Under the pieces are notes generated by a model. It searched no databases. It was not told the DNA's origin and saw nothing but the letters and a program-made list of their open reading frames with translations. Of a stretch of DNA of 64,000 nt, positions 9,386-20,009 are shown in pieces. Source of the stretch: an uncultured Acidimicrobiia bacterium (GTDB lineage Bacteria > Actinomycetota > Acidimicrobiia > Acidimicrobiales > AC-14). Location: contig CAWIIV010000017.1 in NCBI GenBank assembly GCA_963836205.1, positions 64,001 through 128,000 on the forward strand, written 5' to 3'. The position numbers and the translations under genes are program-made. The first letter of the stretch is position 1. Every line of letters starts with the position of its first letter.

Positions 9386-11473
9386 GTACCGCCGGCACCG
9401 CCGGCACCCGTCCGAGACGTCGTCGAGGTCCTGCACGGCACCGAGGTCCACGACCCCTACCGGTGGCTGGAGGACGGGGACAGCGAGGAGACCGCAGCCT
9501 GGGTGGCGGCGCAGAACGCCCGCACCCGGGCGGTCCTTGACGCGCTCCCCCAGAGGGAGCCGCTCCACCGCCGGCTCCTCGAGCTGCTTCAGATCGGCGT
9601 GGTGGGCGCCCCCGACGTGGCCGGCGACCGGGTGTTCCACCTCCAACGGGAGGGCGACGCCGACCAGGCCGTCCTGGTGATGCGCAGCGCGGTCGACCCC
9701 GACGCCCCGGCCCGGGTGGTGGTCGACCCCCACGGCCTGGCCGCCGACCACGCCGCCTCCATCGACTGGTTCTCACCGTCTCCCGACGGCCGCCTCCTCG
9801 CCTACGGCGTCTCGGAGGGAGGCAGCGAGCACGGCACCCTGCGAGTGGTCGACGTCGACAGCGGCACCCTCCTGCCCGACGCCATCCCCCACGTCCGCCA
9901 CCCGTCGGTGGCATGGATGCCCGACGGCTCCGCCTTCGCCTACGACCGCCTGCCCGACCCGGCCACTGTCCCCGAGGGGGAGGAGGGCTACTGGGAGACG
10001 GTGTGGTGGCACCGGCTGGGCGACGACCCCTCGGCCGACGATCCCCTGCTCGTCGACGGGCTCGACAAGACGGCCCTGCCGATGGCGGTCGTCTCCGACG
10101 ACGGCCGCTGGCTGGCCCTGCACGTCCACCTGATGCCGACCCGCACCGACGTGATCCTCCTCGACCGCCAAACGGGCGAGCGGACGGTGATGGTGGAGGG
10201 CGAGGAGGCGTCGACCTGGGTCCAGATCGTCGGCGGCCGCATCTACGCCGTCACCAACCTCGGCTCCCCCCGGGGACGGCTGATCACGGCTGCCCTCGAC
10301 CGGCCCCAGCCCGAGCACTGGGAGACGATCGTGGCCGAGTCGGCGGGCGCGACCGGCGCCGTGATCGACGGCTTCGTGATCACCGGCGGCTCGCTGCTGG
10401 TGTCGTCGACCGAGCACGCGGTGTCCCGCCTGCACCGCTACCGCCTCGACGGGACGCCCCTGGGCGAGATCGCCCTGCCCGAGCTCGGCGCCCTCGCCGG
10501 CCTCGACGCCGACCCGACCGTGAGAACCGACGGCGGCGGCGGCGGCGAGCGGGCGTTCCTCACCTTCACCTCGTTCGCCCGGCCCCCGGGCCTGTGGCGG
10601 TGGACACCGGCGGACGGACTCCGCCCGTGGGCCCTGCTCGACTCGCCGTTGGAACCGGGCGCGTTCGTGGCCGAGCAGGTCTTCTACCCCTCGACCGACG
10701 GCACCGACGTGCCCCTGTTCCTCGTCCGGGCGGCCGCCACCGAGGTCGGTCCCGACACGCCGACCCTGCTCTCGGCCTACGGCGGCTTCGCCATCGCCTC
10801 CTCCCCCGGCTTCGCCCCGGGCCTGGTGGCCTTCTGCGAGGCGGGCGGCGTCTACGCCATCGCCGGCATCCGGGGCGGCGGCGAGTACGGCGAGGACTGG
10901 CACCGGGCGGGCATGCGGGCCAACAAGCAGCAGGTCTTCGACGACTTCCAGGCCGCAGCCGACTGGCTGGTGGCCGAGGGCCGCACGAGCCGTGAGCGCC
11001 TCGCCATCCGGGGCGGGTCGAACGGTGGCCTGCTCGTCGGTGCCGCCGTCGCCCAGCGCCCCGACCTGTGCCAGGTCGTCGTCTGCGCCGTCCCCCTGCT
11101 CGACATGCTCCGTTACCACCGGTTCCTGATCGGGGCCCTGTGGGTGCCCGAGTACGGCGACCCCGACCAGGCCGACGACTTCGCCGTCCTCCACGCCTAC
11201 TCTCCGTACCACCACGTCGTCGCCGGCACCGCCTACCCGGCCACCATCGTCACCGCGGCCGAGTCCGACTCCCGGGTCGACCCCATGCACGCCCGCAAGT
11301 TCGCGGCGGCGCTCCAGGCCGCCACCGCCTCGCCCGCCGACCGACCCGTCCTCCTCCGTATCGAGGTCCGGGCCGGCCACGGCGTGGGCAAGCCGGCGTG
11401 GAAGCAGGCCGACGAGGGCGCCGACCTGTGGGCCTTCGTGTTCTGGCAACTGGGGATGGCCGCCGGCGGGTAG
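9386..11473 (+). CDS. prolyl oligopeptidase (S9A); start codon uncertain
   Basis: DPYRWLED is in frame upstream of the listed GTG 9503; YGGF, GGSNGG, DSRV, AGHG catalytic motifs. Confidence 0.9.
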   Translation, partial: VPPAPPAPVRDVVEVLHGTEVHDPYRWLEDGDSEETAAWVAAQNARTRAVLDALPQREPLHRRLLELLQIGVVGAPDVAGDRVFHLQREGDADQAVLVMRSAVDPDAPARVVVDPHGLAADHAASIDWFSPSPDGRLLAYGVSEGGSEHGTLRVVDVDSGTLLPDAIPHVRHPSVAWMPDGSAFAYDRLPDPATVPEGEEGYWETVWWHRLGDDPSADDPLLVDGLDKTALPMAVVSDDGRWLALHVHLMPTRTDVILLDRQTGERTVMVEGEEASTWVQIVGGRIYAVTNLGSPRGRLITAALDRPQPEHWETIVAESAGATGAVIDGFVITGGSLLVSSTEHAVSRLHRYRLDGTPLGEIALPELGALAGLDADPTVRTDGGGGGERAFLTFTSFARPPGLWRWTPADGLRPWALLDSPLEPGAFVAEQVFYPSTDGTDVPLFLVRAAATEVGPDTPTLLSAYGGFAIASSPGFAPGLVAFCEAGGVYAIAGIRGGGEYGEDWHRAGMRANKQQVFDDFQAAADWLVAEGRTSRERLAIRGGSNGGLLVGAAVAQRPDLCQVVVCAVPLLDMLRYHRFLIGALWVPEYGDPDQADDFAVLHAYSPYHHVVAGTAYPATIVTAAESDSRVDPMHARKFAAALQAATASPADRPVLLRIEVRAGHGVGKPAWKQADEGADLWAFVFWQLGMAAGG

Positions 11474-11482
11474 GACCCCGTC

Positions 11483-11671
11483 ATGGACCAAGACCCGTTC
11501 GACGAAGAGCCGGAAGCCAACGACGCTTCCGCCGACAGCCTGCTCGACCGCATGCGGGGAACGGGGGTCGGCGTGGAGGACCCGAACATCGTCGGCGACG
11601 TCGGTCCGGTCGACATTCCCCCGGGGCCCGATCCCGACAGCGACGGGCTGATCGCGACGCTGCCCGGCTGA
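11483..11671 (+). CDS. small acidic hypothetical protein
   Basis: 62-aa ORF with AGGA RBS, GC-rich third codon positions, fills the gap in an operon. Confidence 0.55.
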   Translation: MDQDPFDEEPEANDASADSLLDRMRGTGVGVEDPNIVGDVGPVDIPPGPDPDSDGLIATLPG

Positions 11672-11698
11672 CGTACTCGTACACTCGCCAGCCACCGC

Positions 11699-12452
11699 AT
11701 GGAATGGACTGGGGACACCCACCGCGTCGACGGCGTGGTCGAGCGCGACTTCGTCGTGGAGGTCGACGGCCGGCGGGTGCCGGGAGTGTTGTGGACCCCG
11801 CCCGATGCCCTGGATGCGAGGCCCCTGGTCCTCATCGGCCACGGCGCCACCGCCCACAAGCGGATCGGCTACGTGACGGCCCTCGCCCGGGAGCTGGTCC
11901 GGGGCCACGGGTTCGCGGCGGTCGCCATCGACGGTGCCGGCCACGGCGACCGGCGGCCGAGCCCGGACGACGACGAGTTGACGATCTTCAGCGAGTTCCT
12001 CACCGAGTGGTCGCGGGACGAGTCCACCGACGACGCGGTGGCCGACTGGCGGGCGACGCTCGACGCGGTGCGGGCCCTCCCCGAGCGTCGGCGACGGTCC
12101 GATCGGCTACTGGGGCCTGTCGATGGGCACCATCTACGGCCTGCCCCTGGCGGTGGCCGAGCCCCGCATCCAGGTGGCGGTGTTCGGGCTCATGGGCCTG
12201 GTGGGGCCGTCCCGCGCCCGCATGGCCGCCGACGCCCCCGCCCTCGTCTGCCCGGTGCTGTTCATCCAGCAGTGGGACGACTCGCTCATCCCCCGGGACT
12301 CCATCTTCGAGCTGTTCGACGCCCTCGGCTCCCGCGACAAGCGCCTGCACGCCTCGCCCGGCGACCACGCCGCGGTCCCCGCCGAGGAGTTCGTCTTCTC
12401 CGCCCGGTTCCTCGCCCGCCACCTGGCCCCGGGCCCTGACGACCTCAGCTGA
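11699..12452 (+). pseudogene. alpha/beta hydrolase with one frameshift near 12086
   Basis: N-half PLVLIGHG...AIDGAGHGDR; removing one base gives VGDGPIGYWGLSMG (GxSxG), QWDD and PGDH. Confidence 0.8.
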
Positions 12453-12498
12453 CGGGCGACCTCAGCTGACGGGCGACCTCAGCTGACGGGCGACCTCA
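12441..12498. repeat. tandem 17-bp repeat, about 3.4 copies (GACCTCAGCTGACGGGC)
   Basis: Copies at 12441, 12458 and 12475, partial copy at 12492; spans the gap between convergent stop codons. Confidence 0.92.
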
Positions 12499-13062
12499 CA
12501 GAGCGGGCAGGATCCCGAGCTGGTCGGCCAGGAAGAAGAAGGTGCGGGCGAACGGGGAGTCGGCGGTGCGCTGGCGGACGTCGTCCCAGTCGATCTGCTC
12601 CCGCAGCTCACGGGCGGTGCGGATGACGCCCTCGTAGTCGAGGGTGTGCTCGGCCAGGGCCGACAGCTTGGTGACGAGGAGGTCGTCGGCCGTGATCACC
12701 GGCATCGTCATCGCCTCCACCCGCATGACCTCGGCCCGCGTGAGCAGCTCCTCCGAGCCGGAGACGCCCGATGGCCCGTAGATGAGGTCGACCAGGACGT
12801 CGCCGTCCCACGCCTTGACCAGCCAACCCTCGGGCGGGCGGCCGGTGCGCATGCCGGCGTCCTCGAGCGCGGCCAGTGCCCGGTCGGCGTCGGACTCGGC
12901 AATCATCAGGTCGACGTCGTGGTCGCTGGCGCTGCCGCCCCGGGCCCAGGCGGCGAAGCCACCACCCACCGCGAACGGGACGTCGGCGTCACGGAGGGCC
13001 GCCGCCGCCTTCTTCAGGCTCGGCAGCATCGCCACCTCGTTGACGTCACCCTCGTCGACCAT
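12496..13062 (-). CDS. nucleotidyltransferase family protein
   Basis: FAVGGGFAAWARG...DHDVD, WLVKAW, VDLI. Confidence 0.85.
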   Translation of the reverse strand: MVDEGDVNEVAMLPSLKKAAAALRDADVPFAVGGGFAAWARGGSASDHDVDLMIAESDADRALAALEDAGMRTGRPPEGWLVKAWDGDVLVDLIYGPSGVSGSEELLTRAEVMRVEAMTMPVITADDLLVTKLSALAEHTLDYEGVIRTARELREQIDWDDVRQRTADSPFARTFFFLADQLGILPAL

Positions 13063-13071
13063 GGACCAGGG

Positions 13072-13272
13072 CTACCCATCGCCTCCGGCGGTGAAGCGGC
13101 CGCAGCCGGCCGGGCAGCGGGACTCCACGTGGGCGGGAAAGACCTTCACCACCAGCCGCCGGCCGCACACCACGCAGAACCGGGGCGGATCGAGGGGCGC
13201 CAGGCACGTTCCGTCGCAGGCCGGCTGCTCCCGTCCGCAGCCGGAACAGTGCCGCCGGGGGGACGCGGTCAC
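13072..13272 (-). CDS. bsaP: biotin synthase auxiliary protein BsaP-like
   Basis: Cys-rich 66 aa: CSGC...[18 protein letters not shown]...SRC; GTGA overlap with the bioB stop. Confidence 0.8.
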   Translation of the reverse strand: MTASPRRHCSGCGREQPACDGTCLAPLDPPRFCVVCGRRLVVKVFPAHVESRCPAGCGRFTAGGDG

Positions 13273-14273
13273 CCCGGGGGCGACGGCCTCACCGACACCG
13301 CCACGGGCATCCGGAGGTCGGCGAGCAGCTGGAAGTCCTGCTCGGGGGGGCGGCCGAGGGTGGTGAGGTAGTTGCCGACGATGAGGGCGTTGATCCCGGC
13401 GGTCAGCCCGAGGGCCTGGAGCTCCCGCAGGGTGACCTCCCGCCCGCCGGCGTAGCGGAGGACGACGTCGGGCAGGGCCAGCCGGAAGAGGGCGATCCAG
13501 CGGATGGCCTCCATGGGCTCCACCAGCGGCCGCCCGGCCATGGGCGTCCCCGGGCGAGGATTGAGGAAGTTGAGTGGCACCTCGGTAGGACCGACAGCGC
13601 GCAGGTCGGCCAGCAGCTCCAGGCGCTGGGCGTCGGTCTCGCCCATGCCCAAGATGGCCCCGCAGCACAGCTCCAGGCCCGCCTCCAGCACCCGCCGGCA
13701 GGTGTCGCGGCGCTCCTCCCACGTGTGGGTGGTGACGACCTCCGGGAAGAACGACCGGGCCGTCTCCAGGTTGTGGTTGTAACGGTGGAGGCCGGCGTCG
13801 GCCAGGCGCCGGGCCTGGTCGGCGGTGAGGATGCCCAGGCTGGCGGCCACCTCGAGGCCGGTGCGTTCCCGGATCACCGGGATCATCTCGATCACCCGGG
13901 TCAGGGTGCGCTCGTCGGGACCCCGCACGGCCAGGACGATGCAGAACTCCGACGCCCCCAGCCGGGCCGTCTCCTCGGCCGCGGCCAGCAGCTCGTCCCG
14001 GTCGAGGAGGGGCGTGGCCCGCACCGGCGAGTCGAAGCGGGACGACTGGCTGCAGAAGTGGCAGTCCTCCGGGCAGCCGCCCGTCTTGCCCGACACGATG
14101 CCCTCCACCTCGACCGCGGGTCCGCACCAGGCCAGGCGCACCTGGTGGGCGAGGGCGCCCAGGGCGGGTACCGCCTCCACCGGGAGGGCGGCCAGGCCGG
14201 CCAGCTCGGCCGGGGTCAGGCGCCGGCGCTCGTCGAGGAGGGCGGAGGCGGCCACCGCCAGCGGGTCGGGCAC
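13269..14273 (-). CDS. bioB: biotin synthase
   Basis: [15 protein letters not shown] radical-SAM motif, [23 protein letters not shown]. Confidence 0.95.
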   Translation of the reverse strand: MPDPLAVAASALLDERRRLTPAELAGLAALPVEAVPALGALAHQVRLAWCGPAVEVEGIVSGKTGGCPEDCHFCSQSSRFDSPVRATPLLDRDELLAAAEETARLGASEFCIVLAVRGPDERTLTRVIEMIPVIRERTGLEVAASLGILTADQARRLADAGLHRYNHNLETARSFFPEVVTTHTWEERRDTCRRVLEAGLELCCGAILGMGETDAQRLELLADLRAVGPTEVPLNFLNPRPGTPMAGRPLVEPMEAIRWIALFRLALPDVVLRYAGGREVTLRELQALGLTAGINALIVGNYLTTLGRPPEQDFQLLADLRMPVAVSVRPSPPG

Positions 14274-14354
14274 GGGCCGACCATAGCCAGGTCGATCGCG
14301 TAGGTTGGCCCGGAACCAGTCGAGCCCAAGGTTGCGTCCAGGGAGGACCCACGC

Positions 14355-14651
14355 GTGTCGTACGTGCAGATCATCGAGTTCGTCACCCGCGAGCCCGAGA
14401 AGATGAAGGCTCTGGGTGACAAGTACCTCGCCGACACCGCCGGCCGCAACAAGGTGAAGCGGTCGATGATCTACCACGACCGGGCCGAGTCCCGGCGCTA
14501 CATCGCCGTCGTCGAGTTCGAGAACCGCGAGGACGCCTTCGAGAACGACAACCTGCCCGAGACGGAGGACTTCGCCGACGGCCTGGCCGAGCTGTCGGAG
14601 GTCCCCCTCACCTACCGGAGCCTGGAGCTGGCGCACGCGGTCGTGCCGTAA
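14355..14651 (+). CDS. hypothetical protein (possibly dimeric alpha+beta barrel)
   Basis: GGAGG RBS, strong codon bias; YVQIIEF...YIAVVEF...NDNLPET. Confidence 0.7.
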   Translation: MSYVQIIEFVTREPEKMKALGDKYLADTAGRNKVKRSMIYHDRAESRRYIAVVEFENREDAFENDNLPETEDFADGLAELSEVPLTYRSLELAHAVVP

Positions 14652-14760
14652 CCGCCAGGGAAGCGCACCAAGTAGTGCAAACGGCCCATTTTTCCCCTCA
14701 AGGCGGGGGGAGCGGCCGCCGATAACGACGAGGATGACGACACGTGTCCGCGGTTCCGCC

Positions 14761-17700
14761 ATGGACGCTGTCGAAGGCGAGCGGGGCAGCCTTCCCGCCT
14801 TCGTCGGCCGCGAGGCGGACATTCAGGAGTTGCAGCAGTCCTGGCGCCTGGCGTCGGGCGGAAAACGCCAAGTGGTGCTGCTCGCCGGCGAGCCGGGGAT
14901 GGGCAAGACCACGCTGGTGGAGCGTCTGGCCCGGGGGGTGGTGGCCGACGGCGGGCGCGTGCTGTGGGGCACCTGCCCACCCGACCCGTCCACCCCGTTC
15001 GCCCCCGTGGCCGAGATCCTGGTCCGGGCCGCTGCCACCGCGCCCCCCGACGTGGTGTCGCGCTACGGGCTCCTGGCCCACATCGCCCCTTCGCTCCGCC
15101 TGCGAGCGTCCCATGTCCCACCCCTGCCCGACGATCGGCGGGAGCTGTTCCACGCCGCGGCCGGCCTCATCGCCGAGTTGGCCGCCCGCACGCCCCTCCT
15201 CCTCGTCGTCGACGACCTCCACCGGGCCCACCGCACGACCGTGCGCCTCCTCCAGTACGTGCTGGCCGCCACCCGCGAGGTCCCCATGCTCGTCGTGGGC
15301 ACCTACTGCGACACGTCGGTCGACCGGGCCCACGCGGTGTCGTCGCTGCTGACCGACCTCTCGGGCGACCCCGACGTCACCCACAAGGTGCTCGACGGCC
15401 TGCCCCGCTTCGCGGTCGACACGATCCTGCCGAACCCGGCCGTCGTCGACACCGTCTGGACGCGGGCCGAAGGCAATCCCCTCTTCCTCACTGAGCTGCT
15501 CCGCCACGTCGGCACCGGACTGCCCACGGTCGACCCCCGCACGCTGCCGGGGTCGGTCGACGCCGGCGTGGCCCGGCGCCTGTCGCGGATGGACGCCGGC
15601 ACCCGCCAGCTGCTGGCCGTCGCCGCCATCATCGGACCCGAGTTCTCCCTCGACACCATCGCCCGCACCGGCGAGGTGCCGCCCGACCGCCTCCTGGCCG
15701 CGGCCGACGAGGCGGTGGCGGAGGAGATCATCGAGCCCGACGGGGAGCCCAACCACTACGCGTTCGTCCACGAGGCGGTGCGCTCGGCTGTCGAGCACCG
15801 GGTCGCGGCCAACCGGGGCGTCCACGTCCACGGCCGGCTGGCGACGGAGCTGGAGCAGACGCCCTCGACCGCCGACGACCACCTCGTCCTGCTGGCCTTC
15901 CACGCCGCCGCCGCCTCGCCCGTCGGCGGGTCGGTCTCGGCCGCCGCCCATGCGGGACGGGCGGGCGACCAGGCCTTCAACCAGCTCGCGTTCGACGAGG
16001 CGGCCGAGTGGTACGGCGTCGGACTGGGCCTGCTCGTCGGCCACAGCCGCGACGCGGCCTCGCTCAAGTGCCGGCTGCTGGTCTCCTTGGGCGACGCCCA
16101 CGACCGGGCCGGCGAGCCGGTGCGGGCCCGCCACTCGTTCCTCGAGGCGGTGGCGATCGCCCGCACCCTCCAGGACCCGGGCCTGATCGCGCTGGCCGAG
16201 GCCGCCGTCGGCCGCAGCCCGTGGCCGGCGCCGGTGCACAAGCCGCTCACGTCGAAGATCCCAGTCGGCACCCAGAACCAGCACCCGTTCCTGATGCCCG
16301 AGCCGCCGCCGGCGAAGCTGCTGCCCCTGGGCGAGCTGCTGGCGGCCGCCGAGCCCCCGCCGTCCCCGACCCGGACCAAGCCCGTGCGCCGGTCGACGCC
16401 GCGGGTCGCCGCCGAGCGGGAGATGGAAGCCGCCGCCCGCCGGGCCGCGGCCGCGGCCGAGATGGAGCCCTTCCTGCCGCCCCTGCCCGACGCGCCCTCG
16501 GCCCCGGCCTCGCGTTCGTCCTCGCCGGCACCGGCCAAGGCGCCGGCCAAGGCCAAGTCGGTCAAGGCGGCCAAGCCCGCACCGTCGGCCAAGGCGTCCG
16601 CCAAGACGGGGGCCAAGCCAGGCACCCGGTCGCGGAAGGCGGCCGCCGCCGCATCGGCCGACATCGCCGACGTCGTCGCCCCCCGCCCGCCGCCGGCCCG
16701 CCGCCGGCCCGCCCCGCCGGCCGCCGCACCGCCGGTAGCACCCAAGCCGGCCATCCCGTTCACGCCCGACGATCTCAGCGAGCTGTGGGCGGACCCCGAG
16801 CCCGACTCCGCCCCCGCGCCGGAGCCCATGGGCTGGACCGACGCCCCGTGGGACGACGACGATCCGACGCCCGCCAGCCGGCGCACCACCGGCCGCCTCT
16901 CCGCCCTCCGCGCCCGCCACAGCCGGCCGTGGGGACCTGAGGACGTCGACGAGCGGCTGAAGGCCAGCGACCAGATCGTCGCCATCGCCGAGACCACCGA
17001 CGACGGTGACCTCGCCATGGAGGGCTACGCCTGGCGCATCGCCGACCGCATGGAGATGGGCCGCCTGTCGCAGGCCGACGAGGACATCACCGCCTTCTCC
17101 AACCTGGCCAACGCCATCGGCGACCCCATCTACCGCCGCGACGCGGCCGCCTACGCGGCCATGCGGGCCCTCCTCGAAGGCCGCTTCGAGGACGCCCGGT
17201 CGGCCCTCCTCGACATGGCCGCCCTGGCCGAGCGGGCGGGCGAGACCAAGGAGACCCCCGGCGGGCGCGACCAGCGCTACTGGATGGCCTTGGAATGGGG
17301 CTCCGACGAGGCGGTGGCCGACGTGGAGTCGTCGCTCAAGGCACTTCCCGTGGGCCGGGCGTGGGCGGCTTCGGTTGCCCTCCTGCTGGCCCGCACCCGC
17401 CGCTACGACGACGCCCACGAATGGCTGGGCAGCATCTCCGAGCACGTCCTGTCCACCCGCCCGTTCGACGGCGAGTGGATGCAGATGGCGGCGTGCGCCC
17501 TCGAAGCGGGCGCCCTCGTCCGCGACAGCCGCATCGCAGCCGTCCTGCTCCCTCTCATCCAGCCCTACGCCGACCGGGTGGTCGTGCTGGCCGGGGGCCT
17601 CGTGTGCCTCGGCTCGACCGCCCGCTTCGCGGGCCTGGCCGCCGCCACCTGCGGCGACTGGGAGCTGGCCGAACGCAACTTCGACACCGCCGTCACCATC

Positions 17701-17892
17701 AACCGCAAGCTGGAGGCCTACCCGGCCCTCGCCCACAGCCAGGCCGAGTGGGGCTGGGCCCTGCTCGCCCAGGGCCGGCGGGCCGACAACAAGCGGGCCG
17801 AGGGCCTCCTTGTCCAGGCCCGCGACCTGGCCGACGAGCTCGACATGCGGCGCCTGGCCGCCGACATCCGGGTCAGGCGGGGCGGGAGATGA
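14761..17892 (+). CDS. large AAA (STAND-like) ATPase with helical-repeat C-terminus and internal low-complexity insert
   Basis: FVGRE, Walker A GEPGMGKT, Walker [25 protein letters not shown]; start may be 14734. Confidence 0.85.
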   Translation: MDAVEGERGSLPAFVGREADIQELQQSWRLASGGKRQVVLLAGEPGMGKTTLVERLARGVVADGGRVLWGTCPPDPSTPFAPVAEILVRAAATAPPDVVSRYGLLAHIAPSLRLRASHVPPLPDDRRELFHAAAGLIAELAARTPLLLVVDDLHRAHRTTVRLLQYVLAATREVPMLVVGTYCDTSVDRAHAVSSLLTDLSGDPDVTHKVLDGLPRFAVDTILPNPAVVDTVWTRAEGNPLFLTELLRHVGTGLPTVDPRTLPGSVDAGVARRLSRMDAGTRQLLAVAAIIGPEFSLDTIARTGEVPPDRLLAAADEAVAEEIIEPDGEPNHYAFVHEAVRSAVEHRVAANRGVHVHGRLATELEQTPSTADDHLVLLAFHAAAASPVGGSVSAAAHAGRAGDQAFNQLAFDEAAEWYGVGLGLLVGHSRDAASLKCRLLVSLGDAHDRAGEPVRARHSFLEAVAIARTLQDPGLIALAEAAVGRSPWPAPVHKPLTSKIPVGTQNQHPFLMPEPPPAKLLPLGELLAAAEPPPSPTRTKPVRRSTPRVAAEREMEAAARRAAAAAEMEPFLPPLPDAPSAPASRSSSPAPAKAPAKAKSVKAAKPAPSAKASAKTGAKPGTRSRKAAAAASADIADVVAPRPPPARRRPAPPAAAPPVAPKPAIPFTPDDLSELWADPEPDSAPAPEPMGWTDAPWDDDDPTPASRRTTGRLSALRARHSRPWGPEDVDERLKASDQIVAIAETTDDGDLAMEGYAWRIADRMEMGRLSQADEDITAFSNLANAIGDPIYRRDAAAYAAMRALLEGRFEDARSALLDMAALAERAGETKETPGGRDQRYWMALEWGSDEAVADVESSLKALPVGRAWAASVALLLARTRRYDDAHEWLGSISEHVLSTRPFDGEWMQMAACALEAGALVRDSRIAAVLLPLIQPYADRVVVLAGGLVCLGSTARFAGLAAATCGDWELAERNFDTAVTINRKLEAYPALAHSQAEWGWALLAQGRRADNKRAEGLLVQARDLADELDMRRLAADIRVRRGGR

Positions 17893-18070
17893 TCTCGTCC
17901 ATGCGGTTGGCCGAGCGTTCGAGCTCGACTGCCCGCTGACGGAGGGTGTTGGCCACGAGCGGTGGCCGCCGGGAGGCATGGAGCCGGAGCTGGGACGCCA
18001 TCTGACGGAGCTTGACCGTGCGCAGCGCCCGCCAGTTGTCCGGGCGCGTCGAACCGGGGTCGTCAAACAT
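17873..18070 (-). CDS. small hypothetical protein
   Basis: 65-aa helical ORF with AAGG upstream; no family recognised. Confidence 0.4.
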   Translation of the reverse strand: MFDDPGSTRPDNWRALRTVKLRQMASQLRLHASRRPPLVANTLRQRAVELERSANRMDEIISRPA

Positions 18071-18108
18071 GGGCGGGCCTTACCCCGTGGGGTCGGTCGC
18101 CAAACCGC

Positions 18109-18306
18109 TCAGCGCCAGTCCTCCTCCTCGTAGGGGGGCGCAGGCTGGTGCTGCTCGATGGCGTCGGGCTCGGGGACCTCGGGGTCGTCGGGCAGGATCT
18201 CGACGGGCAACTCGTCGTCCACGGGGTCGCCGAGGGGCAGGGACTGCTCGAAGGCGTCCGCCGGCGGAGCCTCCGGGTCCGGGACCTGAGTCATCCGATC
18301 GCTCAT
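18109..18306 (-). CDS. small acidic protein with two (E/P)xDAxEQ motifs
   Basis: PPADAFEQ...PEPDAIEQ; GAGGGAGG RBS. Confidence 0.65.
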   Translation of the reverse strand: MSDRMTQVPDPEAPPADAFEQSLPLGDPVDDELPVEILPDDPEVPEPDAIEQHQPAPPYEEEDWR

Positions 18307-18405
18307 CGTGTTCCTCCCTCGTTTGCCCCCAACCGCACGGGGTACGTCCCCGGTGGCCCGGGACCCTAACCCCCGCGGCCCTTCACGAGAACCCACCGAT
18401 GCGCC

Positions 18406-18666
18406 ATGTCCGAGCCCCGAGAACCTGAGCACTACGCCGGCGAGCGGCTCCGCGACGCGCTGGCTGCCGACCCCCGGGTCTCGGAGCTCGGCCTCCAGGT
18501 GCACATCGTGGCCGAGCACGTGTTCGTCACCGGGCAGGTGTCGACGCCCGAGCGGGTCGAGGCGGTGTCGGAGATCGCGGGCCACGTGCTGCCCGACCTT
18601 GTCCTGCACAACGAGCTGACCGTGATCGAGCTGGCCGACGTGCCGGCGGTGGAGAACCTCCCGTGA
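18406..18666 (+). CDS. BON-domain protein
   Basis: LRDALAADPRVSELGLQV...VFVTGQV...HNELTV. Confidence 0.75.
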   Translation: MSEPREPEHYAGERLRDALAADPRVSELGLQVHIVAEHVFVTGQVSTPERVEAVSEIAGHVLPDLVLHNELTVIELADVPAVENLP

Positions 18667-19442
18667 TCCGGGTGGCCGCGGTCGGCGACGTCCATTTCGG
18701 CACCGACTCGGCCGGCACCTTGCGTCCCCACCTGGCCGACCTTGCCGAGCGGGCCGATGTCTTCCTGCTTGCCGGCGACCTCACCCGGCGGGGGCTGGCC
18801 GAGGAGGCCCAGGTGCTGGCCGACGAGCTGGGCGACGTGCGGGTTCCGATGTTCGCCGTGCTCGGCAACCACGACTACCACTCGCTGCAGGAGCACGCGG
18901 TGGCCAAGGTCATGGAGGGGGCGGGTGTCCGGGTGCTGGAAGGCGAGGGGGTCGTCGTCGACGTCGGCGGCTGCCGGTTGGGAATCGCCGGGAGCAAGGG
19001 CTTCGGCGGTGGGTTCGCGGGTGCGTGCGGGTCGGAGTTCGGGGAGCCGATGATGAAGTCGTTCATCGCCTACACCCGGCACCTGGCCGACGGGCTGGAG
19101 GCGGCCCTGGCCGGGCTGGCCGGCGACGCCGATCTGCGGGTCGCCCTCCTCCACTACGCCCCCACCGACCGCACCCTCAAGGGCGAACGGCCCGAGATCT
19201 ACCCGTTCCTGGGGAGCTACCTGCTGGGCGAGGCCGTCGACCGGGCCGGTGCCGACCTCGTGCTCCACGGCCACGCCCATACGGGCACCGAGCGGGGCTG
19301 GACCGACGGCGGCATCGAGGTCCGCAACGTGGCCCAGCCCTTGATCGGCCGGGCGTACAACGTGTACTGCCTCGGATGGCCACGGGCGGACAGTGACGCC
19401 CGGGGCGACGAGCTGGTCGAGGCCGGCGGCGGCCCCTGGTAG
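18663..19442 (+). CDS. metallophosphoesterase
   Basis: GDVH, AGDLT, GNHD, LHY, HGHAH. Confidence 0.92.
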   Translation: MIRVAAVGDVHFGTDSAGTLRPHLADLAERADVFLLAGDLTRRGLAEEAQVLADELGDVRVPMFAVLGNHDYHSLQEHAVAKVMEGAGVRVLEGEGVVVDVGGCRLGIAGSKGFGGGFAGACGSEFGEPMMKSFIAYTRHLADGLEAALAGLAGDADLRVALLHYAPTDRTLKGERPEIYPFLGSYLLGEAVDRAGADLVLHGHAHTGTERGWTDGGIEVRNVAQPLIGRAYNVYCLGWPRADSDARGDELVEAGGGPW

Positions 19443-19443
19443 G

Positions 19444-19491
19444 TCAGGCGCCGAGGCCGATGGGGCAGCTCACGCCGGTGCCGCCCAGGCC
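19444..19491 (-). pseudogene. msrA: displaced 3' end of msrA (GLGGTGVSCPIGLGA*)
   Basis: Joining at the CAGGCC repeat to the msrA body at 27285+ gives ...[21 protein letters not shown], a canonical MsrA C-terminus. Confidence 0.92.
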
Positions 19492-19536
19492 TTTCGTGCG
19501 CTCACTTCGGCGTCTCAGGAATCCGCCTGGCTCACT

Positions 19537-19950
19537 TCACTTCCAGAGCCCCCGCCCCCAACCTTCCCGGCGTGCGTCCGCGCGCCAGAGACGGAAGTCG
19601 TGAACCTCAGCGATCACCATCACCACCCCCGCGGCGGCGACGAGGACTCCGATGGCACGCACGCCGGCGCTTCCGTTGGCTCCGCCGGTGATGGCAAAGA
19701 GAAGGCCCCCGAGGACGACGAGCACGGTGAAAAGGAAGTAGGTGACGTGCCCGTACCAGAAGTCAGGTCCCGGCCTCCGGGACGTCAGCTTGGACGCTGT
19801 CAACCAGAGCGAGAAGAACGCCACGACCGCGCCCGAAAGCTGAGGGATGGGGGGGCGGTTGCCGCGGAGCGCTGTCGCCACCATCAGGAGGACCACGACG
19901 GCGGCAGCCAACGTCAACCGCCGGATGGCAGATCGGGGTTCCGTGGGCAT
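19537..19950 (-). CDS. small multi-TM membrane protein (element cargo)
   Basis: Four hydrophobic stretches from MPTEPRSAIRR. Confidence 0.6.
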   Translation of the reverse strand: MPTEPRSAIRRLTLAAAVVVLLMVATALRGNRPPIPQLSGAVVAFFSLWLTASKLTSRRPGPDFWYGHVTYFLFTVLVVLGGLLFAITGGANGSAGVRAIGVLVAAAGVVMVIAEVHDFRLWRADARREGWGRGLWK

Positions 19951-20009
19951 CGCGTGATCGGGGCGCTGAAGGATATTTCGGGACCGATCTCGGCGGTCCG
20001 GCTGCGGTG

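Noticed and set aside
12441-12498. Mini-CRISPR array
   Set aside because: Units are contiguous with no spacers, and there are no cas genes.
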